Source: Thermoanaerobaculia bacterium (lineage in GTDB: Bacteria; Acidobacteriota; Thermoanaerobaculia; UBA5066; Gp7-AA6). Taken from it: a stretch of DNA of 64,000 nt. Under the pieces are notes generated by a model, which worked only from the letters and a program-made list of their open reading frames with translations, was not told the origin of the DNA and searched no databases. The translations under genes and the position numbers were made by a program. This document shows, one piece after another, positions 17,547 through 26,367 of the stretch. The first letter of the stretch is position 1. Every line of letters starts with the position of its first letter. The stretch lies in the NCBI GenBank assembly GCA_035457525.1, contig DATIBN010000033.1, forward strand, positions 1,061-65,060, written 5' to 3'.

Positions 17547-20285
17547 TTGATGGAACCCGATCTCTCCAAATCCCCGTCCGCCGGGCCGTTGCCTTCCCCG
17601 GCGCCGGAGCCCGGTACCCTCGCGTCGGAGCGCTACGAGACCGACGTCGTCCTCAAGAACGGATCGACCCTGCACCTGCGCCCCGTCCGCCCGGAGGACG
17701 CCCCGCGGCTGCTCGATTTCATCCGGGGGCTGTCGCCCGAGAGCCTCTATCTGCGGTTTCTCTCCGTGCCGAACGTGGACCTCGCGCGCGCGGAGTACCT
17801 GGCGCAGGTCGACTATGCCAACCAGTTCGCGCTCGTCGGCGAGACACGCCACGGGATCGTCGCGCTCGGTCATTTCTTCCGTGACCCGGAGAGACCGGAC
17901 CGCGCCGAAGCCGCCTTCGCGGTGGCGGACGCCCTCCACGGGCAGGGGATCGGCACCAGCCTCCTCGACCGGCTGGCGCGCGTCGCCCTGGAGATGGGCA
18001 TCCGCACGTTCGAGGCGGAGGTGCTGCCGTACAACCGCAAGATGATCGACGTGTTCGTCTCCTCCGGTTTCGACGTCCGCCAGAGGGCGGAGGATGGCGT
18101 CGTCTGGTTCGAGATCTCGCTCGAGCCGACGACGACCTCCGTCGAGAAAGCCGCGGAGCGGGCGCGCCACGCGGCGACCGCGTCGATGCAGGCGTTCTTC
18201 GAGCCGCGCACCGTCGCGGTCATCGGAGCGGACCGGACCCGCGGCCGCATCGGCTCGGAGATCCTGAACAACCTCCGGGAGACCGGTTTCCGCGGACAGA
18301 TCGTGGCCGTGAACCCGAACGCGACCTCCATCCAGGGAGTGCCCTGCTACCCGCGCGTGACCGACGTCCCGGGCGACGTGGATCTCGCCGTCATCGTGGT
18401 CCCCGCGGTCCGGGTCGACGCCGTCGTCGACGACTGCCTCGCCAAGGGCGTCAAGGCGCTGGTGGTCATCAGCGCCGGCTTCAGCGAGACCGGGGAGGCG
18501 GGGCGCGCGCGGGAGGCCGCGCTCGTCGAGAAGATCCGCGCGTCGGGCGTGCGCATGATCGGACCCAACTGCATGGGGATCCTGAACACCGATCCGGACG
18601 TCCGGCTGAACGCGACGTTCTCGCCGGTCTATCCGCCGGAGGGCCGCGTCGCGATGCTCTCGCAGAGCGGAGCGCTGGGGCTCGCGATCCTGAACTACGC
18701 GAGGCGCCTCAACCTCGGGATCTCGACCTTCGTTTCCGTGGGCAACAAGCCGGACGTCTCCGGCAACGACCTCCTCCAGTACTGGGAGGAGGACCCCCGC
18801 ACCGACGTGATCCTTCTCTACCTCGAGAGCTTCGGGAACCCGCGGAACTTCGGGCCGATCGCGCGGCGCGTTTCACGATCGAAGCCGATCGTCGTCGTGA
18901 AGGCCGGGCGGTCGCGCGCCGGCGCGCGGGCCGCGTCCTCGCACACGGGGGCCCTGGCGGAAAGCGACGCCGTGGTCGGAGCGCTCCTGCGCCAGTCCGG
19001 CGTCATCCGCACCCGGACACTGGAGGGGCTCTTCGACGTCGCGTCGCTCCTGTCGCACCAGCCGCTGCCCAAGGGCAACCGCGTGGCGATCGTCACGAAC
19101 GCGGGGGGGCCCGGAATACTCGCGGCGGATGCCTGCGAGGCCCACGGCCTGCCGCTCGCCTCGCTTTCCGCCGAGACGACCTCCGCGCTGCGCTCGTTCC
19201 TGCCGGCGGAGGCGAGTGTCGGCAACCCCGTCGACCTCCTCGCGTCCGCTTCGGCCGAGGACTATCGGCGCGCGGTCCGACTCGTGCTCGCCGACTCCGC
19301 AGTGGACAGCCTTCTCGTCATCTTCATCCCGCCGCTCGTGACCGACGCCGACACCGTCGCGGCCGCCGTCGTGGAGGAAGCGGGACAGTCGTCGAAAACC
19401 GTTCTCGCCACCTTCATGGGGGCGAAGGGCGCCCCGCCCGGCCTCGCGCCGATCCCCTGTTATCCGTTCCCGGAGTCGGCGGTGACCGCCCTGTCGCGCG
19501 CCACCGAGTACGGCGAGTGGCGGCGCCGACCGGCGCCCTCGACGGAAGGGCCGACCGGCGTCCGGGTCGAGGACGCGCGCGAGTTCATCCAGATGGCCCT
19601 CGAGCGCGGGGAAGGCTGGCTCGCGCCCGCGGAGGCGCGCTCCATCCTGACGGCATTCGGAATCCCGGTCGCCCGTTCGCGCGTGGCTCCGGGGTGGAAC
19701 GAGGTGCGCCGCGCGGCCCGCGAGATCGGTTATCCCGTCGCCTTGAAGGCGCTCGGCCCGACGCTCCTCCACAAGACGGACGTCGGCGGGGTGAAGCTCG
19801 ACATCGGGACCCCGGCCCAGCTGCGCCGAGCTTTTGCCGAGCTCGAGCAGAGACTCGGTGACCGCGTCACGGACTACCTCGTGCAGGAAATGGTGCCGGG
19901 AGGCGTGGAGGTCATCGTCGGCGGGCTCGTCGACCGGACCTTCGGTCCGCTCGTCCTTTACGGAAGCGGCGGTACGCTCGTCGAGTTGCTCGGCGACACG
20001 GCCTTCCGCATCGCGCCGCTCTCCGACGCCGACGTGTCGGACATGCTGAACGAGGTGAAGGGAACGGCGTTGCTCCGCGGATTCCGCGGCGCGCCGCCGG
20101 CCGACGAAAAGGCGCTCGCGGACGTTCTCTTCCGCGTGTCGGCGCTCCTCGAGGCGTGCCCGGAAATCCAGGAGATGGACCTGAACCCCGTGAAAGTATT
20201 CGAGAGCGGGGCTCGCGTCGTCGACTTCCGTATCCGGGTCGGCCGCCGTCCGGCTCCCGTACGCTCGCGCCGGATCACCTATTGA
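17547..20285 (+). CDS. GNAT acetyltransferase fused to acetyl-CoA synthetase (ADP-forming, alpha+beta domains)
   Basis: N-terminal GNAT (QGIGTSLLDRL). Then CoA-binding, succinyl-CoA-synthetase-like and ATP-grasp domains (VAVIGAS-like, GPNCMGI, SQSGALG). 912 aa. Confidence 0.85.
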   Translation: MMEPDLSKSPSAGPLPSPAPEPGTLASERYETDVVLKNGSTLHLRPVRPEDAPRLLDFIRGLSPESLYLRFLSVPNVDLARAEYLAQVDYANQFALVGETRHGIVALGHFFRDPERPDRAEAAFAVADALHGQGIGTSLLDRLARVALEMGIRTFEAEVLPYNRKMIDVFVSSGFDVRQRAEDGVVWFEISLEPTTTSVEKAAERARHAATASMQAFFEPRTVAVIGADRTRGRIGSEILNNLRETGFRGQIVAVNPNATSIQGVPCYPRVTDVPGDVDLAVIVVPAVRVDAVVDDCLAKGVKALVVISAGFSETGEAGRAREAALVEKIRASGVRMIGPNCMGILNTDPDVRLNATFSPVYPPEGRVAMLSQSGALGLAILNYARRLNLGISTFVSVGNKPDVSGNDLLQYWEEDPRTDVILLYLESFGNPRNFGPIARRVSRSKPIVVVKAGRSRAGARAASSHTGALAESDAVVGALLRQSGVIRTRTLEGLFDVASLLSHQPLPKGNRVAIVTNAGGPGILAADACEAHGLPLASLSAETTSALRSFLPAEASVGNPVDLLASASAEDYRRAVRLVLADSAVDSLLVIFIPPLVTDADTVAAAVVEEAGQSSKTVLATFMGAKGAPPGLAPIPCYPFPESAVTALSRATEYGEWRRRPAPSTEGPTGVRVEDAREFIQMALERGEGWLAPAEARSILTAFGIPVARSRVAPGWNEVRRAAREIGYPVALKALGPTLLHKTDVGGVKLDIGTPAQLRRAFAELEQRLGDRVTDYLVQEMVPGGVEVIVGGLVDRTFGPLVLYGSGGTLVELLGDTAFRIAPLSDADVSDMLNEVKGTALLRGFRGAPPADEKALADVLFRVSALLEACPEIQEMDLNPVKVFESGARVVDFRIRVGRRPAPVRSRRITY

Positions 20286-20364
20286 AGGCGCGGAAGGAGG
20301 AGACATGTCCGGCACGGTCGAGATTCCCGAGGCAGCCGCCGAGACGGCGCGGGAGAGGGGCACC

Positions 20365-21414
20365 ATGAAAGCGTTCGTGATGCGCGAGATCGGAAAAGTC
20401 GGCGTCGTCGACAAGCGGATCCCCGACGTCGGACCGAACGACGCGCTCGTGCGCACGACCGCCGCCCTCATCTGCACGTCCGACGTTCACACGGTCCAGG
20501 GCGCGATCGGCCCCCGGGAGAACCGGACGCTCGGCCACGAAGCGGTCGGGTTGATCGAGAAGCTCGGCGGCGCGGTGTCCGGACTCGAGGTCGGCCAGCG
20601 GGTGACCGTCTCCGCGATCACTCCCTGCTGGAAGTGCGAGAACTGCCTGCGCGGCTTTTCCTCGCAGTGCGGGGAGGCGCTCGGCGGGTGGAAGTTCGCG
20701 AACACGAAGGACGGAAATCTCGCCGAGTACTTCCACGTCAACGACGCGCAGGCGAACGTCACCCCGATCCCGGACGACGTCCCGGACGAGCTCGCGGTCT
20801 ACGTGTGCGACATGCTCTCGACCGGCTTCATGGGCGCCGAGCACGCCGCGATCCCGATCGGCGGCACGGTGGCCGTGTTTGGCGCCGGTCCGGTCGGACT
20901 CATGGCGATCGCGGGATCGAAGCTCCTCGGCGCCGGACTCGTCATCGCGGTCGAGAGCGAGGGAAAGCGCCAGGACTTCGCGCGTTACTACGGTGCGGAC
21001 GCCATCGTGGACTTCACGCGCCTCGACCCCGCCATCGAAATCCGGAAACTGACCGGCGGACGCGGCGTCGATTCGGCGATCGAAGCGGTCGGCAACGCGG
21101 ACAGCTTCGCCGGATGCGTGAAGGCCACGCGCCCGGGTGGAACGATCTCGAACGTCGGATACCACGGAAAGGGCGACGTCGTCCCGATCCCGCGCCTGGA
21201 GTGGGGGGTCGGCATGGCGGACAAGACCATCCGGACGGGGCTCTGTCCGGGAGGGCGGGAGCGGATGGAAAGACTGCTGCGCCTCCTTCAGAGGAAGCGC
21301 GTGGACCCGACCCCGCTGACGACCCATCGCTTCCCGTTCTCGGAAGTCGAACGCGCCTTCGAGATGATGCGCACGAAGGAGAACGGGATCATCAAGCCGC
21401 TGATCCTCTTCTGA
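20365..21414 (+). CDS. zinc-dependent alcohol dehydrogenase (NAD(P)-dependent, secondary-ADH-like)
   Basis: GHEAVG Zn site, CxxCxxC structural Zn site, and GAGPVGL Rossmann motif. Start taken at MKAFVM, inside track ORF 20305..21414. Confidence 0.85.
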   Translation: MKAFVMREIGKVGVVDKRIPDVGPNDALVRTTAALICTSDVHTVQGAIGPRENRTLGHEAVGLIEKLGGAVSGLEVGQRVTVSAITPCWKCENCLRGFSSQCGEALGGWKFANTKDGNLAEYFHVNDAQANVTPIPDDVPDELAVYVCDMLSTGFMGAEHAAIPIGGTVAVFGAGPVGLMAIAGSKLLGAGLVIAVESEGKRQDFARYYGADAIVDFTRLDPAIEIRKLTGGRGVDSAIEAVGNADSFAGCVKATRPGGTISNVGYHGKGDVVPIPRLEWGVGMADKTIRTGLCPGGRERMERLLRLLQRKRVDPTPLTTHRFPFSEVERAFEMMRTKENGIIKPLILF

Positions 21415-21418
21415 GCGC

Positions 21419-21700
21419 TCAGCGGCCGGGCGGAGGGCCGTCCCGGCGTTCGATTTCGATCCGGTGGTAGTCCTCGAGCGCCTTCCGGACGATCTTCTGG
21501 AGGTTTTTCATGCGCCGGGCCGACCTTCGGCGCTCCCGCTCGTCGAGGAAGGCCCGGCGCCGGCGGACCGTCTCCCGCCAGAGCAGGTCGACCGCCCGCT
21601 TCAGCCGGGCATAGAGGAGCTCGGCCGTCAGGTCCAGCGTCTCGGCCACGGGACGATTCTCCCTCTGTTCTGGCCAAAAAGGGTGCTGATTCGTTTGCAT
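21419..21700 (-). CDS. hypothetical protein (93 aa)
   Basis: MQTNQHPFWPEQ... ORF. Its ATG lies inside palindrome copy 3. Confidence 0.35.
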   Translation of the reverse strand: MQTNQHPFWPEQRENRPVAETLDLTAELLYARLKRAVDLLWRETVRRRRAFLDERERRRSARRMKNLQKIVRKALEDYHRIEIERRDGPPPGR

Positions 21701-21703
21701 CAG
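21686..21703. promoter_or_regulatory. 18-bp palindrome CTGATT-N6-CATCAG (copy 3 of 5)
   Basis: ctgattcgtttgcatcag, in a divergent region 72 bp upstream of the Cys-rich secreted protein gene. Confidence 0.35.
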
Positions 21704-21774
21704 GACTCCGGGGCGGGGGGGTTCTAGCCTGCAATCCAGCGGGAAAACGGAACGTCCCCCGCAGGAGGAAACCA

Positions 21775-22272
21775 GTGCTCTTCCGCCGCCCCGGTCTCGT
21801 CCAGGTCGCGTCGTTCGTGCTCCTGTTCGGTGTGCCGCTCGCCGCGTCACTCGCCCTCGATCGCGCCGCTTCCTCGCGGACGTCCCGTCACGTCCGGTTC
21901 TTCGACGCCCCGTCTCAGACCGCCGAGTTCATCGGTTACTCGAGGTCCATCACGCTCACGCCCGCGGAGCAGAAAGTCCGCGACAAGGCGCTCCAGGCCA
22001 TGGAAGCGCCCTGTTGCGAGAAATTCTCCCTCGCGACGTGCTGCTGCCCCTGCAACCTGGCGAAGAGCGCATGGGGCCTCTCGAACTACCTGATCGCCCG
22101 GAAAGGCGCCAGCGCCGCGGAGGTCCGCGATGCGGTCGGCGGCTGGCTCGCGTTCGTCAACCCGAACGGCTTCAGCGGCGACGCCTGCGACACCGCGGGA
22201 GGGTGCGCCCGTCGCTTCGCCCATAACGGTTGTGGAGGAATGGATGAAAGAAATCTCCTCACGGCCCGCTGA
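21775..22272 (+). CDS. secreted cysteine-rich hypothetical protein
   Basis: Signal-peptide-like N-terminus. Cys clusters PCCEKFSLATCCCPCNL and ACDTAGGCARRFAHNGCGG. Confidence 0.45.
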   Translation: MLFRRPGLVQVASFVLLFGVPLAASLALDRAASSRTSRHVRFFDAPSQTAEFIGYSRSITLTPAEQKVRDKALQAMEAPCCEKFSLATCCCPCNLAKSAWGLSNYLIARKGASAAEVRDAVGGWLAFVNPNGFSGDACDTAGGCARRFAHNGCGGMDERNLLTAR

Positions 22273-22597
22273 CGGATCGTCCCCGACCCGGCCGCGACCA
22301 CCCGGTCCGCGGAGCACCTCCGGCGCCCGCCGGCAGCTCACCCGGCGCGAGAAGGAGATCCTGCGTTTCCTCGCGCTCGGAATGGGCACGTCGGCGATCG
22401 CCCGGGAGCTGGCGATCTCTCCGGCGACGGTGCGCAACCATGCGCAGCGGATCCTGGCGAAGCTCCAGGTCCACAGCCGGCTCGCCGCGGTGGCGCGCGG
22501 CTACGCGGTCGGTTTGCTGACCTCGCCGCAGTGGATGAACTCGCCGGCGCCGGACTTGACGGGCCGGCTGGCGCGTAACGTTCCAGCCCCCGGCTGA
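22244..22597 (+). CDS. LuxR-family HTH transcriptional regulator (small)
   Basis: REKEILRFLALGMGTSAIARELAISPATVRNHAQRILAKL LuxR-type HTH. GGAGG 6 nt upstream of the ATG. Confidence 0.7.
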   Translation: MKEISSRPADGSSPTRPRPPGPRSTSGARRQLTRREKEILRFLALGMGTSAIARELAISPATVRNHAQRILAKLQVHSRLAAVARGYAVGLLTSPQWMNSPAPDLTGRLARNVPAPG

Positions 22598-22658
22598 TTC
22601 GTCCGAGCATGGATCCGGGGGCCGCCCGTGCCTGGATTGGAAACAGGGGAGGTGAATC

Positions 22659-23243
22659 ATGACCACGATCGTCCTCATTCTCGCGGTGGCTTTCGTTCTG
22701 TCGTGGATTCCCGCGATCGTCGTCCACTTCGTCGCGCGGCGACGAAGCGCGGGTGACCGGGTCATCACCTGCCCGGAGACGCACACGACCGAAGTCGTTC
22801 GCGTCGACGCGGGACACGCGGCCTGGACGGAGATACGCGGAGACAAGGAGCTGCGCCTGCAAGCGTGCTCGCGCTGGCCGGAGAAAGCGGATTGCGCCCA
22901 GGATTGCATCCGGGAGATCGAGGCCGCACCCGACGGGTGTCTCGTCCGCGAACGGCTCGAAACCTGGTATCGCGGCGCGGAGTGCGCTCTCTGCGGAATG
23001 ACCATCGGGGCGCTCCACTGGTTCGAGCACCGTCCCGGTCTGCTGACGCCGGAGAACAAGGCGGTCTCGTGGGAAGAGATCCCCGCGAAGGAGCTTCCGA
23101 CGGCGCTGGCCGAGGATCGGCCGATCTGTTCCGACTGCTTTCTCGCCGAGTCGTTCCGCGAGAAGTTCCCGGAGCGGGTGATCGACGATCCCTGGCACAA
23201 GGTGAACCGCCGCGAAACGCGCTCACCCGGGCCGATGGCGTGA
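22659..23243 (+). CDS. membrane-anchored cysteine-rich hypothetical protein
   Basis: N-terminal TM helix, then multiple Cys pairs (CALCG, CSDCF). Confidence 0.45.
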   Translation: MTTIVLILAVAFVLSWIPAIVVHFVARRRSAGDRVITCPETHTTEVVRVDAGHAAWTEIRGDKELRLQACSRWPEKADCAQDCIREIEAAPDGCLVRERLETWYRGAECALCGMTIGALHWFEHRPGLLTPENKAVSWEEIPAKELPTALAEDRPICSDCFLAESFREKFPERVIDDPWHKVNRRETRSPGPMA

Positions 23244-23315
23244 CGACGGGCAGTTCCGCCCGCGTCCTCCACCGGGACGAAGCGATCTCTCACCTGCGAT
23301 CGTCGCTCGTCCGCA

Positions 23316-23638
23316 TGACGGACGAGGAGCATTCGCTCTGTCAGGTCGCCGCGGACCTCGGGATTTTCTGCCGCGGCTTCCGCCGATGGAACGAGGCGGA
23401 GTTCGACCGCCACTGGCGCAAGTCGATCGGTCGCAGCACGCACCTCTCGCGCCGCCAGATGGAGGAGTACGCGAACCTGTGGCAGCTCGCCGAGCAGGTC
23501 CGGCGCCGCGTCTCGCTTGCCTGCGACGCGCAGACGATTTCCGGCGGGCCGTGTCGCGGATGGAGCGAGTTTTCCAACGCGGAGCTCGCGCGGTTCTGCA
23601 ACGACGTCCTCGGCGAGAACGTGGACGTCATCGAGTAG
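23316..23638 (+). CDS. hypothetical protein
   Basis: Balanced-composition ORF MTDEEHSLCQVAADLGIFCRGF... May start at the GTG at 23240. Confidence 0.3.
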
Positions 23639-23695
23639 TCAACAGCGGCGCGGACTCGCTGCCGGCGAACCCGATGACCGGAATCGCCGGCGGAT

Positions 23696-24211
23696 TCACA
23701 GCAGGCCGCGATCGTGGAGGAGACGCCAGAGCGATCCGATCGCCTCTTCCGGAGCGCCGGCGCCGGAGACGACGAGGTCCGGGCGGAGCGGATCCTCGTA
23801 CGGCTCGCCCATCCCGGGGAGGTGAGGTGCGTCGCCGCTCCGGGCCGCGCGGTAGAGACCCTTCGGGTCACGCCGCTCGCAGACGTCGGGCGGCGTGTCC
23901 ACGAAGACCTCGAGGAAGACGGGAATCCGGCGGCGGGCGCTCCCGCGGTGCGCGCGGCGCGGGCTCGTCGCGTCCACGATCACCGGGATCCCCTGCCCGG
24001 CGAGGAGCGCCGCGAGCGCGGCGACCATCTCGTAGAAACGGTCGCGCTCTTCGGCCGCATAGGTCGGCTGCGGGGTCAGGATCCGGCGCAGCGAGTCCGA
24101 TTCGAGATGCACGAGCGCCACTCCGCGGTCGGCGGCGAGCTCTTTGAGCGCCCGCGCGAGCGTCGTCTTGCCGGCGGCGGGCCGTCCGGTGAACCAAATT
24201 ACCCAGCTCAC
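23696..24211 (-). CDS. cysC: adenylyl-sulfate (APS) kinase
   Basis: WFTGRPAAGKTTLA P-loop and APS-kinase-like C-terminus. GTG start overlaps the upstream stop (GTGA). Confidence 0.85.
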   Translation of the reverse strand: MSWVIWFTGRPAAGKTTLARALKELAADRGVALVHLESDSLRRILTPQPTYAAEERDRFYEMVAALAALLAGQGIPVIVDATSPRRAHRGSARRRIPVFLEVFVDTPPDVCERRDPKGLYRAARSGDAPHLPGMGEPYEDPLRPDLVVSGAGAPEEAIGSLWRLLHDRGLL

Positions 24212-25314
24212 GTTTCCCCGCGTGTCAACAACTCGTCGATCTCGGCCGGATCGAATCGGTCTCGGCCGAGAACCCCGACCACGAAGCGGAGGAGCGCACG
24301 CCGCGTGGCGTCGGCTTCCGCCGGGTACCAGAGCGGGTTCGCGAGCACCAGCGCCCGGAACGCGAAGTGCGGCGCGATCACGCCCGCGAGCTCTTCGTCT
24401 CCGGAGGCGTCCCGGTATCGGTTCCAGAAGAGATGGAACAGGTCGGCGAACGGACCGAGAAACCCTCCCCTCCCGCGCAGGGCGAAGAAGAGCCAGTTGA
24501 TCGCGAGCGCCGCGACGTCGTCCGCGGGCTCTCCGTAGCGGCCGCGGCTCCGATCGAGCGCGGTGAAGTTCGTTCCCTCTCGAAAGAGGATGTTCCAGGG
24601 GTGAAAATCGCCGTGGATCCGGCGGAGCCGTTCCGCACGATCCCGCAGCCGGTAACGCCAGCGAAGGACGAGGGCCTCTACCCGTTCGAGGTAAGCCGCG
24701 TCGGGGAACCCGGAGCCCGGGTAGGAGTCCGCGATCCCGGCGATGCACTCCCCGGAGCCCGCGAGCTCGCGCAGCCGCCGGCGGTACCACGTCTCGTGAA
24801 CGATGGGCTCGCGGTGTATGGCGGCGAGGTAATCGGCGAGCGCGAGGGCGCGATCGGAATCGAGCGGCTCGAGCCGGTCGCGCCCGGCGATGCGCTCCAG
24901 GTCGCGCGCATACGGCTCTCCTTCGACGAACTCGGTCAGCAGGAAAAACTCTCCGGCGCCGGCGAGCGCGACGAGCCCGTTCGATTTCGAGAATGCGCCC
25001 GCGTCGACGGCGCGCACGTGCTTCGGCAGCTCGCCGTAGTCGTCGAAAGCACGAAGGACGAGGGCGGCGCGGTCGGCGCGATCTTCGTGGCCGAAGCCGC
25101 CGGGCCGGACGGTCTCGAGCACGTAGCGGCGTTCGATATCGCCCGATCGCCAGCGGACGAGCTGCGGAACGCCGTAGCCGCCCCCCTTGACTCCCGGTGC
25201 GGTCGCGAGAGGCTCGATCCGCGCGAAGCCGGCGTCGGGCCCGAACTTCGCGGCGAGGTAATCGCGGAGACCCGCAAAGCGAAGCTCCCGGGTCTCGACG
25301 TCGGCGCTGGCCAC
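24208..25314 (-). CDS. aminoglycoside-phosphotransferase-like (APH/protein-kinase-like fold) kinase
   Basis: IHGDFHPWNILF catalytic motif. The N-terminal 350 aa of track ORF 24208..26394 is the antisense of the UbiA gene. Start taken at the GTG at 25314; an ATG at 25419 is the alternative. Confidence 0.65.
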   Translation of the reverse strand: MASADVETRELRFAGLRDYLAAKFGPDAGFARIEPLATAPGVKGGGYGVPQLVRWRSGDIERRYVLETVRPGGFGHEDRADRAALVLRAFDDYGELPKHVRAVDAGAFSKSNGLVALAGAGEFFLLTEFVEGEPYARDLERIAGRDRLEPLDSDRALALADYLAAIHREPIVHETWYRRRLRELAGSGECIAGIADSYPGSGFPDAAYLERVEALVLRWRYRLRDRAERLRRIHGDFHPWNILFREGTNFTALDRSRGRYGEPADDVAALAINWLFFALRGRGGFLGPFADLFHLFWNRYRDASGDEELAGVIAPHFAFRALVLANPLWYPAEADATRRALLRFVVGVLGRDRFDPAEIDELLTRGET

Positions 25315-25358
25315 GTTGGTCCCTCGCCCGAAGACTAGGCCCCCGTGACCGCTTGACT

Positions 25359-25376
25359 TTGATGAGGACGCATCAA
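25359..25376. promoter_or_regulatory. 18-bp palindrome TTGATG-N6-CATCAA (copy 4 of 5)
   Basis: ttgatgaggacgcatcaa, between the divergent kinase and UbiA-family genes. Confidence 0.4.
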
Positions 25377-25401
25377 GGAACGCGTTCGACGCCCGCCTAC
25401 A

Positions 25402-26319
25402 GTGGGTTTCGTGGTGCATTCCTTCGCCGCGGGCCTCGGGAGACTCGCCGATCCGAAGATCTCGCTCGCGTCGTTCTCGTCCCTGTTTCTCGGGACCGTT
25501 CTCGCAGCGCACGACGGCGCGCTCTCGATCGCATGGCTCGCCGTGACGGTCGGCGGCATCTTCGCTCTCGAGATCGCGAAGAACGCTTCGGGGGAGATCC
25601 ACGACTTCGCCGCCGATTCGTCGGTGAGAGCAGAGGAGCGGACTCCGTTCTCCGGCGGCAAGCGAGTTCTGGTGGACGGAGTGCTCACGCCGCGCGAGAC
25701 TGCCGTGCTCGCGGCGACCGGTTACTTCGTCACGGCTGCGTGTGGAGTGGCGATCGTTCTCTTTCGGGAGCCGGCCGTGCTCGGACTCGGCGTGCTCGGA
25801 CTCGCGTGCGCGTACTTCTACAACGCTCCGCCGGTGCGCCTCTCGTATCGCGGCCTCGGCGAGATCGCGGTCGGGATCTGTTACGGGCCGCTCATCGCGT
25901 GCGGAACGTACCTGGTTCAGCGCGGGACGATCGCGCGCTCCGTCCTGATTCTGTCGATCCCGCTCGGTCTCCTGATCGCGGCGTTTCTCTTCGTCAACGA
26001 GATCCCCGACCGCCGCGCCGACGAAAGTACGGGCAAGCGCACTCTCGTCGTGCGCCTGGGGGCCCGTCGTGCGGCCGTCGTTTTCGGTGGGATTCTCGCC
26101 GCCGCGTTCGCTCTCCTCTTCGCGCTCCCGCTCGCAGGTCTCCCTCTCGGCCTCGCCCTCGGCGTCGTCGCGGCCGTCCCCGCTTTCTTCGCCGCCCGGG
26201 ACCTCAAGAGAGATGTCTCGACTCCCGGCGCGTCCCTGCCTGCGCAACGCCTCGCTCTCGTGACATTTCTCCTGTTCGCTGCGGGCTCGGGGGTGGGTGC
26301 GGCGCTCCTCAAATCGTGA
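25402..26319 (+). CDS. UbiA-family aromatic prenyltransferase (MenA/UbiA-like)
   Basis: Polytopic membrane protein with NEIPDRRAD (NxxxDxxxD) motif. Confidence 0.8.
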   Translation: MGFVVHSFAAGLGRLADPKISLASFSSLFLGTVLAAHDGALSIAWLAVTVGGIFALEIAKNASGEIHDFAADSSVRAEERTPFSGGKRVLVDGVLTPRETAVLAATGYFVTAACGVAIVLFREPAVLGLGVLGLACAYFYNAPPVRLSYRGLGEIAVGICYGPLIACGTYLVQRGTIARSVLILSIPLGLLIAAFLFVNEIPDRRADESTGKRTLVVRLGARRAAVVFGGILAAAFALLFALPLAGLPLGLALGVVAAVPAFFAARDLKRDVSTPGASLPAQRLALVTFLLFAAGSGVGAALLKS

Positions 26320-26349
26320 AGAACCCCCGTCTTTTCCGTACCTTGGGAC

Positions 26350-26367
26350 CTGATGCACCTGCATCAA
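26350..26367. promoter_or_regulatory. 18-bp palindrome CTGATG-N6-CATCAA (copy 5 of 5), upstream of the MtrC-like gene
   Basis: ctgatgcacctgcatcaa, 133 bp upstream of the SD-linked ATG at 26500. It is followed by an AT-rich tract with direct repeats GCAACAAACTCAAA / GCAACAGGCTCAAA (26411-26442). Confidence 0.4.

Noticed and set aside
26350-26367. Interpretation of the TGATG-N6-CATCA palindromes as FNR boxes
   Set aside because: FNR/NnrR sites are TTGAT-N4-ATCAA. The observed spacing is N6 between the 5-bp half-sites (CRP-like geometry) and the half-site sequence differs.
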